This document shows positions 20,965 to 33,659 of a stretch of 64,000 nucleotides of DNA, one piece after another. Below the pieces are notes generated by a model. It had not been told where the DNA came from. It was given only the letters and a program-made list of their open reading frames with translations, and made no database searches. Numbering within the stretch: position 1 is the stretch's first letter; each line of letters starts with the position of its first letter. The stretch covers positions 496,001 through 560,000 of the forward strand of contig NW_003314297.1 of NCBI RefSeq assembly GCF_000143415.4. Reading direction: 5' to 3'. The stretch is from Selaginella moellendorffii (taxonomy: Eukaryota; Plantae; Lycopodiophyta). The translations under genes and the position numbers were made by a program.

Positions 20965-22709
20965 ATGAGCGGGATTGTCGCAGATGATAGCAGCTACCTT
21001 GTAACACACTATACGAGCGTGTGGTCGTACCTGTGGCCTCACATCTCTCATTCTTTGGAAGTCGGGAGCGTGAACTTGGATTGGAGAGCGAGATGTTCTC
21101 TGTTTATGCTCCGGAGCGTGAGGTCTGTCTCTCAACCGCTGAAGCACTTTGGAAGATGGACGGAGAAGGCAATTAACCTGTGTGCAGCCAATGGAGGAAT
21201 TCTCAGGACCTTGTATACACTTTCGATAGATCCACAGGGTAAATAGAATTGATTTCACGGTGTTGACTTTTGATTGTGTTGTTGTTCTCCAGCGCTTGTT
21301 GATCTTGCCGAGGACTCGGAGAGCTACCTGACTTTCAACGGCCACATGGAACCAAGAACCAGCCTCCTCCAAGCCCCTTTGTCTCAGCGTCTTTGTCTTT
21401 CATGTCCAGACTCCAAAGCGGTAGCAGATGTTTGTGCTATGGCGTCTAAGGTTGCGTATGAGAGCCCGAAGTTCATCGAATTTGTCGTGAATCAGAATTG
21501 GAAGGTAAGTCCAAGCCTTGCACAACCTCTGACTCCATCAGCTTCTCCTGTGCAGATGCATCTACTAGGAACTTACAACTGTTGGAACGGTAAGAGGTTA
21601 TTTTTCTCGCTATCCAGTTTCATCTGACGTTGCTGTCTCTCTTTCATGCTACAGAGTTTCAGAAAAAAAACTCGACTCAAGCTTTCATCTTTGCCGACCG
21701 GGAAACTGATGCAGAAGCCATCGTTCTTGCCTTCCGGGGAACGGAAGCCTTCAATGCATACGACTGGTGCACAGACTTGGATTTCTCCTGGTACGAGCTG
21801 CCGCAGCTCGGCCGTGTCCATCTCGGATTCCTTGAAGCACTGGGCCTGGGCGACAGGAACAGGATGCAAAGCTTCCAGAGGTTGAAGCAGAACATCTACG
21901 AGAACTCGAGGACTCCGTTGCCACAGACTCCGACGTCTGGACTGCCGGACTTTGTCCTCAGCGACGAGACGAAGCTGCTTGCGTACGACCACATCAGCGC
22001 GGAGCTCATCACTATCCTACGGAACCACAGAAACGCAAAGCTCTACATCACCGGTCACAGCCTCGGCGGCGCTCTAGCGACTCTCTTCACCGCCATGCTC
22101 TTCTACAACCGGGAAGAGCATCGCATCTTTTACAACACCGAGGACGATGTTGCCAGGAGGCTCGCGGCGCTCTACACGTTTGGCCAGCCCCGTGTTGGAG
22201 ACGAGAGCTTCGCGTCCTTCATGGACGCCAGCTTAAACAAGCCAACCATGAGGTACTTTAGAGTTGTCTACAATAACGACGTGGTAGCTCGAGTCCCCTT
22301 CGACAACTCTTTGTTTGGCTTCAAGCATTTCGGGAATTGCTGCTACTTCACTCACAACTACACCCTCCAGGTACTTTACTTCGAGACACTGCTCTCTGTG
22401 TAGGATCCATATTAACGTTCTGCACAGATCCTTCCGGACGAGCCATTTCCCAATTTCCTCTCCCCGGTTTACATGGTGCTGTCCCGGCTTTACGCGCTGT
22501 TCGAGCTCGTCCAGAGCTTCTTCATGAGCTATAGATATGGCGGGGAGTTTAGCGAGACGAGGTTGTCCACTGTGGCAAGGATTGCAGGCTTGCTCGTGCC
22601 TGGGATCGCCGGGCACAGCTTGGTGAATTACGTCAACTGCGTCCGGCTGGGTCCCGACCATCTCGATCCGGCGTGCCTGCAAAACTCTGAGTGGGATAAA
22701 TCACAGTAA
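20965..22709 (+). CDS. Class-3 triacylglycerol lipase (OBL1-like), multi-exon; start codon uncertain
   Basis: MASKVAYE, AFRGTEAFNAYDWCTDLDFSW, TGHSLGGALA (catalytic Ser), YTFGQPRVGD, NNDVVARVP, GHSLVNYVN. Upstream spliced exons have stops in all frames near 20657-20696, so are probably UTR. Confidence 0.88.
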
Positions 22710-22742
22710 TCATCGCAACTATTTCGTATTTTTGAACATAGA

Positions 22743-22800
22743 AAGGGATGGCAGGCTTCGAATCTGCGCTGGCAAGCCCACAGCCGCTTGGCACGTCCAC
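22743..22800 (-). pseudogene. tRNA-Ser relic lacking the anticodon arm
   Basis: Minus strand GTGGACGTGCC...TGTGGGCTTGCCAGCGCAGATTCGAAGCCTGCCATCC matches both ends of the tRNA at 3037-3117, including the TAAG 5' flank. Confidence 0.8.
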
Positions 22801-22881
22801 CTTAGCTGCTGGTGTTAACTAATGTATTGTAAAATTAAGAACAAATAGAAAATAAATAAAATGAAATAAATAAAATGAATA

Positions 22882-25752
22882 TGTGAGGGCTGGGTGTATG
22901 TCCAAGTGTATGGTTACAATGCCATATATTAATATTAATGGCTGTACATTAATATTAACATAGTAGCATTACATATTTATGCATGCATTTCCATATTCCA
23001 TGCATTTACATTAGTGGAAATGTAGGGAAACTTTGATTGTCCATAGGATTTTTGTTTAAATCTAACTTTTGCATTATTTAAATTTTATTTTTCTTATAGC
23101 TTTCTGAATTTCTTCTTTTATGCTTTTTCCTTTTTATTCATCTTCATAGTAGAGTAGTAACTTCTTCCTCCTTTGACTCTGGAGCAATAATTGGTGTAGT
23201 TTCTTGATGTTATGCAATTGCAATTGAATAATTAAACTTAGTTGATAGTGGCATTTATAATGTGTGGTATAATTTTTCTTACTCTTACTACCAATCCTTA
23301 CATCTAGTGAAAGTTTTTTAATGAGAATTCTAAAGATGATATATACCATTAGTTTAATCACTTTATAGTGATTATCACATATTATTCTTAGGATGATGTT
23401 TAATGTTTGCATGAGTTTACTACGTGTTTCCAAGGGACAGTATTATAGTGGTACCATGGTTTGGGTATAGCCACTCGTGTGGATTATAACATTCTCTTAG
23501 ACATTTTTAAATGTGTATTTGGACATACTGATAATTGTGATGATACCTTCTAACAATTGCATTATCTTCATTAAGGGCTATTTGAGTTAATGATGCAATT
23601 TGACATTCGTTTTCAGAGCCTTTTGCTTTGTGCAAAATCAAATATATCGAAGTGGATCAAATTAAGAATATTGTGGCCAATTTTATCAAGATTTTGTAGG
23701 ATTTATGCATGCACTTATTCTAACCACTCTTAATAATGTTTTTTGCCTAACACAACACTATGAGATTTTACTTCTTCCATTTTTAGATAGTCATGTTCTA
23801 ATGGAGGTTGATGTTGTTGTTGCCAGAGTTTAAAAATAAAAGCAAAGATGTGGTTATGGTGTAACACATGTGATCATGGGATGAGATTTGGATATACTGT
23901 CACCGTAGATCCTTGGAACCTTGGGGGATAAATAGGGATAAAAATAGCCACTAAAGGCTCTCTTATCAAGCAATTGCCCTTTTTAAAGTTGGCTTAAGGG
24001 GAGAGAGATAAAGTGTGTTACATGTGGTATTAGAGCAAATGATATGGGTTCAATTCCCATTGATTAGTTAAAATATAATATACCTTTGAGCAATGTATAT
24101 TTCTACCTTTAAAATTTGAAATCGTACATATTGGGCATCCATGCGTATGTCCTTCCTTTTGTGTGGAGTATCCATGGACAAAGGTATCCACCGTGGGACT
24201 GTAGTACAGGTGGATAACTAGTTACCTCACATGAATAGTTGGTCTATACAATGGAAGGATTGGTAGATTCAGTGTGGAAATGGAAGTGTTGATTCCCCTT
24301 GGTTTAGTAGGGGTTGTGAGTTAATAGTCAATGAGGATATTAAAATCTCTCAAGAGGGGGTGAGTGTAGTGCATATGATCATGGGATGAAATTTAGATAT
24401 ATTGTCATCGTGAATCTTTAAAACTTTGGGGGATAAAAATAGCTATTAAGGGCTCTTTCATTAAGCAATTACTCTTTTTTCAGTTGACTTAAGGAGAGAG
24501 AAATAAGGTGCATTACACATGGCTATGATGTCCATTATTAGGTGTGTGATAAAGTTAGTCACATATATCGGTGTTATTGACATTTTTTGGATTAGCATCC
24601 TCTATTTTCTAGATGGAGATTTTGGCATCAATAATGTCCTATTGGTACTATTGCAATGGAAAGTCTGAACACTGAGATGCTTCTGAGAAATACGAGTAAT
24701 GGAAGTCCTTGCATAAATAAGTCAGTGACCTTTTCATCTTTCTTTCGGGAGTATTATCAAGAGGTTCACTCGGCACCAATTCATCCAGTATTTACTTTCC
24801 AAACTCATTTTTATTAGTTGATATAGGTTTAACCTTATCCTCTATTGCTTAGTCTGTTGCCACATGTTACCATCTATATATACATTGTGCGATAGAGCCA
24901 ATTTTCATTCTTTATGGCAATAACCATACACATGCATAGTTGTGCATATGGGTGATCTTGAGTTTGAGTTAGTCATTGAGAATGATGCTAAATCAAGCTT
25001 TAACATCATCTTTGGTATAAATTAATTGCAATATAGTCATGATAAGTGTGACTTTGAGGCTTCTTCCCCTTATATCATACTTACTTATATTTCATCCATT
25101 CCTCTCACTTCTATTCTTCTTGGTTCCTTTATTTTTACCTCTGTTTCCATCACTTTTATCTTCCTATTACTTTTTCATATGTTTCCATTTTGTTCTTCTG
25201 TTCCTTCTTTAAATCCCTCTAATAGTTAGTTTTTATATTGTAGTGGTTGACTGTCTTATGAAGGAGTATGTCAATTTCTTCAAATTTGACCTGTCATCTG
25301 GAGCTAAAATTGCAACACATCATCTTAATCTAATTGAGGATACTCATTCAATCAAAATTTCTATTCATTGTCAGTTACCAAAAGAGATCAAGAGTTTATG
25401 TATAAACATTAACAAGATGTTGGAAAAGGGTGTTATCCGAAAGTTATAAAACCCTTGGGCATGTGAGCTTCATCTTGTGATGAAGCTTGATAGAAGTATT
25501 TATTTATACATGATTATTATCCATTAAATAAAGTGACTATCCCAGGTGTATACCCTCTTATTCACATTTCTGATTTCCTGGATTATTTGGGGAGAAGTTA
25601 TTAAAGTAAGATCTTGCTTTTACGTACTGGCAAGTGCTAATAATTGAAGAGGATATGCCTAAAACTATTTTTAATACACTATAAGCTAGGGTTTTTGGGC
25701 TAATTGATATGCACATTTTCTATATTCCCTTTCCATATTCCAAGCACTCACA
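22882..25752 (+). mobile_element. Decayed Ty3/gypsy element, family D (gag-PR-partial RT, internally deleted)
   Basis: LTR 22882-23010, PBS-like TAGTGGAAATGTAGGG, gag/PR/RT remnants collinear with 50075-52280, partial 3' LTR 25683-25752. No clean TSD. Confidence 0.75.
23860..24517 (+). mobile_element. TRIM (658 bp) nested in the family D gag
   Basis: LTRs 23860-24022 and 24365-24517 (TG...CA), PBS TGGTATTAGAGC (tRNA-iMet type), PPT AAGAGGGGGTGAG, ~340-bp non-coding interior, degenerate TSD TATGG/CATGG. The empty site is visible in the paralog at ~51040. Confidence 0.85.
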
Positions 25753-26099
25753 AACATGTTTATAAATTATAAATACAAGCTTAATCTAAATGAATAACAA
25801 GTGTTAGATGGTAGAATATCCTAGAATATCTAAGTATATTTTAAGTATATCCACTACTCACAAGTTTGCTTAAGCAAACCAATAAATATTAGCTAATAAA
25901 AAGAATACTTCATGCAAATTTGGATAATGTAGTAAATGTTTAACATGAGATTTAGCAGATACTTTTCTGTTTTTAGTGTTTTCGATGATGAAGCCTAAGT
26001 GCTTTTTGTTGAATGGGACTTTGAAAGATCTCCCAGTCGAGCACGAAGTAGTTGTTGCATATTTGCCTGCCCATCTCCACAACTTTGAGATGCTCGGGA

Positions 26100-27016
26100 T
26101 GCTAAAGTGCTCTAGAGATCAGTAAATATGTCCCTTCAATACAAAGCTTGATAGCTTTATGAGCAATGCAGTTCAGCTCCTCTGCCATGAGAACTTGGAC
26201 CAGCACCAGCAAATGGAAACCTCCAGGAGGAGTCCCATGGTCGTAGCTAGTGCCTCGGACGAGTCTATGTCAGAGACTCAGCTCTAAATTGTTGCTCGAC
26301 ACCGTGAACACCTGCGGGACCGACTGCTCATACAAGACCTTCATCAGCAGGCACAGCCCCACAGTCACGGCAAACATGACTCCAAAGTAAATCACCAGAG
26401 GCTTCGCCACCTTTGCCTCCAGATTCCCCAAGCACGGGTGGTGCGCCTGGAGAAAGAATATGATGAAGATGGTGTAGCACAAACCCAGCAGCATGAAGGA
26501 TCTAACACCTCTGGAGCACAAAAGTTCTTGCATGATCATCCCTACCACCAGTGGAACAAAAGCATGCTCTTGGCGACTTCCAACGTTAATCCCCGTGTCC
26601 CTGAGGAAGAAGAGCGGGAGTGTTCTTTAGAGGAGGATCTGGAGCAGTTGAAAGCACGAGGATGGATCACCCTTTGCGAGAATGTTCCAAACCAGAACCA
26701 TGGCTGTGCAGCGAGGTATGATTTCTGTATCCTGGCAAGTTTGGCGCCCATGCCAGGCCTGTCATATCAGCCAATTGAGGAGGAAACTCAGCGCCAGGCT
26801 CTTGAGCAGAGCGCCACCCACGAGCATCTTTCCTAAGAGCTTGTAGTGGACCCTGCACAGGACTGGATCATCACCCATATGTGTTTGTTATGCTACCTAC
26901 AGGTTTGCTTAAGTAAATTGGCCAACAGCGATTGGGAGTGAGACAGAGGTGATGTTTGCGACTTGGAATGCCTCTCTCACTCTGTAGTATCCGAGCAGAA
27001 CAACCGAGACCATCAC
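26100..27016 (-). pseudogene. Multi-pass membrane protein pseudogene, 3' part (5' part at 48394-48470)
   Basis: One reading frame runs across the TSD when the element is removed: ...LDLYLVWILAV|MVSVVLLGYY...LLKSLALSFLLNWLI...FMLLGLCYTIFIIFFL...LVIYFGVMFAVTVGLCLL, with scattered stops. Family not recognised. Confidence 0.55.
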
Positions 27017-27299
27017 TGTTAGGCGCCAACTTTGACCACGTGGTCAACGTCAGTCAAAGGGAGGCTCAAGGATATATTAAGGCATGTTAAGGTGAGGGAC
27101 TTAACTTACCCTAGGGCTCACAGTGGAGTGGCGGCGTAGTGGAGCTTTTGAGGTAGTTCAGGGGTGGTTGGGTGGTGAGGAACCTCAAGAGGTGGTATAG
27201 CATAGTTTAGGGTGACCAGATCTTTGTCTTTTTTGCACCGGATCATAACATTGGTATCAGAGTTCTTGGCTACTAGGGGAATTCCAAATGCAGAGGCTT

Positions 27300-29432
27300 T
27301 AGTGGCTATTCTAATGGTTTTGCGTGATGAAGGTCTTTGATGGTGGAATTGGCTTGAGGAGTCTCGTGTTGCGGATAAGAAACCATCAGTGTCTACCATG
27401 GATGAGTTTGAGGCTGCTTTTCGTTTATGTTTTGCCCCTCATTACGATATGGAGAATGCTCATACAGAACTTCAACATTTCTAGCAAGGGAAAATGACAC
27501 TTGGGGACTATATTGAGAAGCTTACTCACTTGATTAGTCGTGTTCCAATGAAGGATCCAGATCAGAACAAATCCTACTTCATTGATGGCCTATATAGTGA
27601 GAGTATGTGGCAACACTTATGTCATTCTCAGCCTACAAAAAGTTTGGAGGAGCTCTTTGATGCGGCTCGTCGACTTGACAATGACAAGCACAAGTCTTGC
27701 AAGCGTTCGCGGAGTCCTTCTATCAAGAATCGTCGTGATGATTGCCGTGGACACAAGGATGGGAACAAGCATCACAAGTTGAAGTCGGTGGTGACTACTT
27801 CGGATGCAAAGGGGTCCAAGAAAGTTCTTTGTGAAGAATTATAGACAGAGTTGTCATCATTGTGGCGAACTTGGACACTACAAGGCTGATTGTCTATAGT
27901 TGAAGAACAAACAGTAGGACAAGAAGAATGGCCAATCTTCTTCTCACGGTAAGTCAGATACTAAAAAGTTGCAAACTTTGCATCGTAAGGATGATGAGAA
28001 CAACCATTCCGATCGGAGGAAGAGACTTTCGATCGTTGCTCGTCAGCTCAACTGTGTATGGAACAAGATGGAGCTCGAGGATACGCGTGAATCAGCTTTA
28101 ATGCTGGAAGGCATGTTTTGTGGTGATCCAATGCGGATTTTACTAGATAGTGGGAGTGATGACAATTTTGTTTCAGCAAAGTTTGTTGCGAAGCATGGCC
28201 TGGTACATGCGGAGTTCTTCCATACATAGTGGAAGGTGTAATTACCTCTACTCAACATTTCGATGCTTGTGTCGAGGGGCTGGAAGTGTTGGTTGGCAAA
28301 ACTACACTTGTGGAGACTTTTTATCTCGCAGATATCCATCATGTGGATCTCATTCTTGGGATGCCATGGTTGATGAAGGTGGATCCAGAGATAAAGTGGA
28401 GTATTAAGCGTATCTCGCTAGAGTATGGTGGCATTAAAGATGTGTGGTTTGGCGAGGGCATTCAACCACTAGTTGTTATGTTCTCTGTTACATCTTTGAA
28501 GCGGGCTTGTCATAATGGAAAACACTTTCGAGTTACTTGCTATTTGTTCGTGACTTAGGGGCCCAAGGCAAGTGTGGGGAAGAAGCAGCAGTATAGGATG
28601 TACTTGATGAGTTTTCTGATGTTTTTTCATTTGAACTTCCTCATGGGTTGCCTCCGTTATGAGGTGTGGAGCATGGGATTACATTGGAGCCGGGGTTGCG
28701 GCCAATTTACCGGCATCCATTTCGGTTAAGTTATGCGGAGGAGCAAGAAGTTCAATGACAAGTTAAAGAGTTACTTGAGTTTGGATTTATTCAGCCAAGT
28801 AAGTCCCTATTTGGTGCTCCAGTCTTGCTTGTGAAGAAGAAGGACGGTTCAATGCAGATATGTATTAACTACCGCGCTTTGAACAAGAAGATAGTGAAGG
28901 ATAAGATGCCAATGACACGTGTGGATGATATTTTGGACAAGCTTGGTGAAGCACGAGTGTTTACCAAGATTGATCTGAGGAGTGGATATCATCAAATTGC
29001 AATGGATGATGCATCTATCTCCAAGACGGCATTCAACACAAGCTTTGGATATTTTGAGTTTACAGTTATGCTGTTTGGTTTGACGAATACACCGGCCACA
29101 TTTACTCGGTTGATGACGAAGGTATTTGGGTGTTATCTTCATGAGTTTGTGGAGATTTTCTTGGACAATATTCTTGTTTTTAGCAAGAATATGGAGGAGC
29201 ATAAGGTGCATTTGCACAAGGTTCTTTTGTTACTCCGAGATAGCAAATGTTATGTGAAAAAGAGCAAATATGAATTTGCAAAATCGGAAGTGGAATATCT
29301 AGGCCATATTGTGACATCTAAGGGTGTCAAGATGGATCCAAGGAAGGTGGTTGTGGTGGAAAACTGGCCTACACCAACTACAGTGGCTGAGTTGCGTAGT
29401 TTTCTTGGTATAGCTAGTTACTACCGACGTTT
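27300..29432 (+). pseudogene. Family A gag, zinc knuckle, protease, RT (degenerate)
   Basis: CHHCGELGHYKADC, LLDSGSDDNF, KIDLRSGYHQI, FLDNILVFS, LRSFLGIASYYRRF; multiple stops. Confidence 0.9.
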
Positions 29433-30204
29433 CCAGCATAAGGTTGGTTTATCCATTAGCACTTAAATTAAATTATTGGATGGTGAAAGTGTGAAGTTGA
29501 GGCATTGGCATTGCTAGCACTTGTGTTAGTAGAAGTGACATTCTTGTTTTGAGTGATAAGGAATTTTTTTTAGACCTTGATTTTTCATATCTTTTTTCTT
29601 GTTAATGTTTTAGCAAACTTTTATGCTTAGCTTGCATAACTTGCTCCAAAGTTTACTCCATAGTAGCTAGACCTTTCCCTCAAACTTTCCTCCCAAGTGT
29701 CCTCTTGAACTCTGGGCAAGGCCACTTCATTTTGACATGTTAAAATAAACCCTCTTGTTTATTTTAGGGTCGTTAAGGTGACTTTGGCTAAGATTGCATG
29801 TACTTTGTGGTTGTAGGGATTAGGGAGTTTTGTCCCTATAGAAACTTACTAGCCAAAGTCTAGTAAGTAATGAACAAAAACTAAGGATATTACTCTAGGT
29901 ATCTTGATACCTATGACCAGTTTAGTAGACTTTCCAGCAAAGGCCATTGCTAGACAATGCTTGCTTGGTTGACTCGTTAGGTGGTGGTGCATCATCTTCA
30001 CAACAGCAGTAAGCTTTAGGAGACATGAAGGAGAAGGGTGTAGTTAGTGATGTCAACAGTTGGCTTCTCCTCTACTTCCAGGAACTTCTTGAATGAACAT
30101 ATTGGCTTTAAAGATAAAGGTGCTGACTTTGTCAAGGGACAGTGACCATGGCTTGGAGAGATCTCTCATGAAAACTTAGCTTCTAGATGTTGGAGAAGGC
30201 TGGC

Positions 30205-33200
30205 TGACATGAACCATGGGAATATTCTGAGAATATTCTATGGCTTGTGGGATTTAAGGCCGTAACGCCTTAAGGGTTGGGAGGTTGGCCTAGGGTTTCC
30301 TCTCTTGTTCATTTCATTGGTATCGGAGCTGCACATTCTTTTGGGGATAGAGATTGATCCTGATGAGGAGTATGGCATTAGTGATGATGGCCATGACGAT
30401 GAAGAAGAAACTCTTGATGTAGCAAGGATGCCAGATTTTTGAGGTTCAAAGCGACATAAAGGAGGTTAAGGATTCCGTCAATCTCATTAAGGACACTAAG
30501 CTTTGGATGAACCCTCAAGGGTTGAATCAATCTCATGTCCGTGATTACCATTGGTACGTCAAGCATGCCAAGGATTATGGTATCGTGGAATGGAAATCAT
30601 CACAAAATGTTTGTGATAGTCAAGAGGTTGATTCTTGGTTAGAATTGTGAGAAAGTTGTTGATCTCACAATCGTTGTGAGGATAAGATGAAGATAGATTT
30701 TTTTGTGACTAAGCTTAGTGGCCATGCTTCTTCATAGTGGAATAACTACATCAAATCTAATTTGAAGTTGACTTCTTAGACTGATTTGACGAAGGTTTTG
30801 CATGCTTCATTTGTCAAGAAGTTTGAAGAAGTTGATCTCGTGAATCAGTTGTTAGAGATCCAGCAGGAGACTTTGTCATTGGATGCGTATGCCCACAAGT
30901 TCCATGATCTTTGCCTTAATCTCATGGGCACCTATAATGAGCTGCTAAAGGTGCAATATTCATCAAAGGATTGAGCTCAGTGGATGTGCAGCAGAAGGTC
31001 AAGAAGGATTTTCCAACAACATTGACTAATGCTATCACTAACTCAAACCATCAGTCAACTCAGTCAACTCTGGTCAACAAGATGGTCTACGGGGTAATCA
31101 ACATGATGACGAGCTCGCCAATGCTTCATATTCGGGAAAGAAATGGCTGTTGGTCTATTGTGGCTCAAAGCATGAAGATGGTAGTGAGGCTAAGAAACTT
31201 TGTTTGGACCAACAAGAAAAAGACAAAGTGGAGGGAAATTTTTTTCATTGCCACTAGGCTAGACATTAGAGAAAGGATTGTTCTGAAGGGGTCAATGAAT
31301 TATAAGGTGACTGTGATGGAAGTTAAAGGCAATGATATGAATGATAGTGTTTTTGGGGCCATATTGCTTCAAGTTAGGCATTCTTTCGCATTCATAAGCC
31401 ACAAGTTTGATGCCATATAACAAAATTAGCCTAATTGCAACAAGGAGTTGTATATTGTGATTGCTGTTGTGAAGGGATGGCAACATTATCTATATGGATC
31501 GGACTTCCATGTAGATTTAGATCATCAATCTCTCCAGATGTGGATCTTTGAGGCCAACTTGCTTGTTTGCAAGAGTTCCTACAGGAAATCTCTATTAAGA
31601 TCCAGTAAAAGCATGGAGGTGATAATAAGGTGGCTGATGCATTATCCAAGATGGTAAATTCTATCTTGTTTGTGAAGCTATCTAGCGATCTCTTGGATGA
31701 GCTTAAAGAGTTTTCTGACTTCGACTCCTTTATCATTGATATTTGTGCAAATGTTTTGTTGAGGGACACCTCTATAGATTTGAAAGGTGACAAGTTTGCA
31801 TCATTCAAAATACAAGATGGAATCCTGGTGAAGAAGGGACGTTTAGTGGTTCCTCATGTTGATAAACTCATCAAATAGATTTTGGTTGAGTGTCATGATG
31901 TGCCAAGTGCTGGGTATTCGGGGGTATTAAGAACATATATGTTGGTGAAGAGGCATTTTTTTTGGCCTAGGATGAAGTCAGATATTGATAAGTATGTACG
32001 TTGTTGTTTGACTTACTAAGTGGTCAAAGTTGATCATCAAAAGCTTGCTGGCCTCTATCATCCTTTACGTGTACCCGAGAATAAATGGGATAGCATCTTG
32101 ATAGACTTTATCACTGGTTTGCCTAAAACCTTTCGAGGAAATTATGTTATTTGGGTTGTTGTGGATCATTTGACGAATATGGCTCACTTCTTCCTCGTGA
32201 AGACGACGATAAAAGCTTTTGAACTTGCTTAGTTGTTTATAGATTGGTTATTCAATCTCTATGGTTTGCCGGGTGATATTGTGAGTGATCGAGATCCCAA
32301 GTTCACGCCTAAGTTTTGGCAAACAGTCTTTGAGAAGCTAGAGACTAAGTTGAGCATGAGTAGTGGTGAGCATCCACAATCTAATGGGCAAACAAAGCGC
32401 ATGAATCAGTTATTAGAAGATATACTAACGTCTTTTGTTGGAAACATGACTCAACAGGGAGTATGGGAAAAGTATTTGCCTTTGCTTCAGTTTGCTCACA
32501 ATAGCGCTCATCAATCGGCTATTGGCATGTCTCCCTTTATGGCGATGTATGCCTATGAGCCTAAATCTCTTGTGAGTTTGAATTTGGCTTTGGTTCGGGT
32601 ACCTCATACTTGTGATTTCTTGGAGGATATGCAAGACAAGTTTGAGTTGGCAAAGTTGAACATGAGGCAAGCTCAAAAGCAAGACAAAAGATTGCCTAAT
32701 GAGCATCGTCATCATTAAGCGTACAAAGTTGGTGACAAGGTTTTCCTTAAGTTGTTGGATGCACAACGGTCTTTGAAAGGAGGTGGCAGTCTTAAGTTGT
32801 CTCTATGGTATTGTGGGCATTGGATGATTTTACAATGTGTGGGGGATTTTGCATACACATTGGATTTGCCAGCTAATTTGAAGATTCATCTAACATTCCA
32901 TGTGAGCAAGCTTAAAGTGTGTTTGCACTTTGATGATGTTATCGATCAATCTATCATCTAGGTCCCAAAGATTGATGCAGAGAAGGCTGGTCTGACCAAT
33001 ATTCTTGCTCAAACATTGGTGAAAACATGCTGGAAGACAATTAGAGAGTTGTTAGTTCAATGGAATGATTATTCCATGGAGCCTATTTACAGTAGTCTAT
33101 CTAAACCTTACCGATGGGTTTGGTTTCTTTGCTCATGAGGGTTGGGGCCTCTAGCTTCTCTCTCTATGCCACCTGCAAGCAGGGGCGTATCACACTTTTG

Positions 33201-33659
33201 TAAGCTTGAAGTTATATGGGAAACTAAGGATGACGTGAAAAGAGTGTTTCCGAGCTTTGGTTATGACTTGGATGATATTCCTGAGGAAGGGGAGAATTGA
33301 GTTCTATAGCCATATTGCTATATGATTTGAGCCGTTTGTTCTATTTTCATTCTCTTGTTTCCATGACCATATTCTCATGTGAGAAAGCTGTATTGCTTTC
33401 TTTCTTTCGTGGCTGTTTGTCGCGATGTTAGCGTTGTTGTTTGCACATCTTTTCTCCATGGCTGTATTGCCTTGGACTCCCTTCATGTGAGGCTCGTTTA
33501 GCTTCTCGAAGCTGCCGTATATGGCTGGGTCATGAGGGAGGGGAGAATGACACGAACCACAAGAATATTCTAAGAATATTCTATGGCTTATGAGATTTAA
33601 GGCTGTAACACCTTAAGGGTTGGGAAGTTGGCCTAGGGTTCGCTCTCTTGTTCGTTTCA
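30205..33659 (+). mobile_element. Non-autonomous chromovirus-type LTR element, family B, lacking protease and RT
   Basis: 112-bp LTRs 30205-30316 and 33548-33659, exact TSD CTGGC, PBS TGGTATCGGAGC, PPT GAGGGAGGGGAGAA. gag joins directly to RNase H at ~31340, then integrase (DFITGLP, IVSDRDPKF) and a chromodomain-like ELLVQW. Confidence 0.9.
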
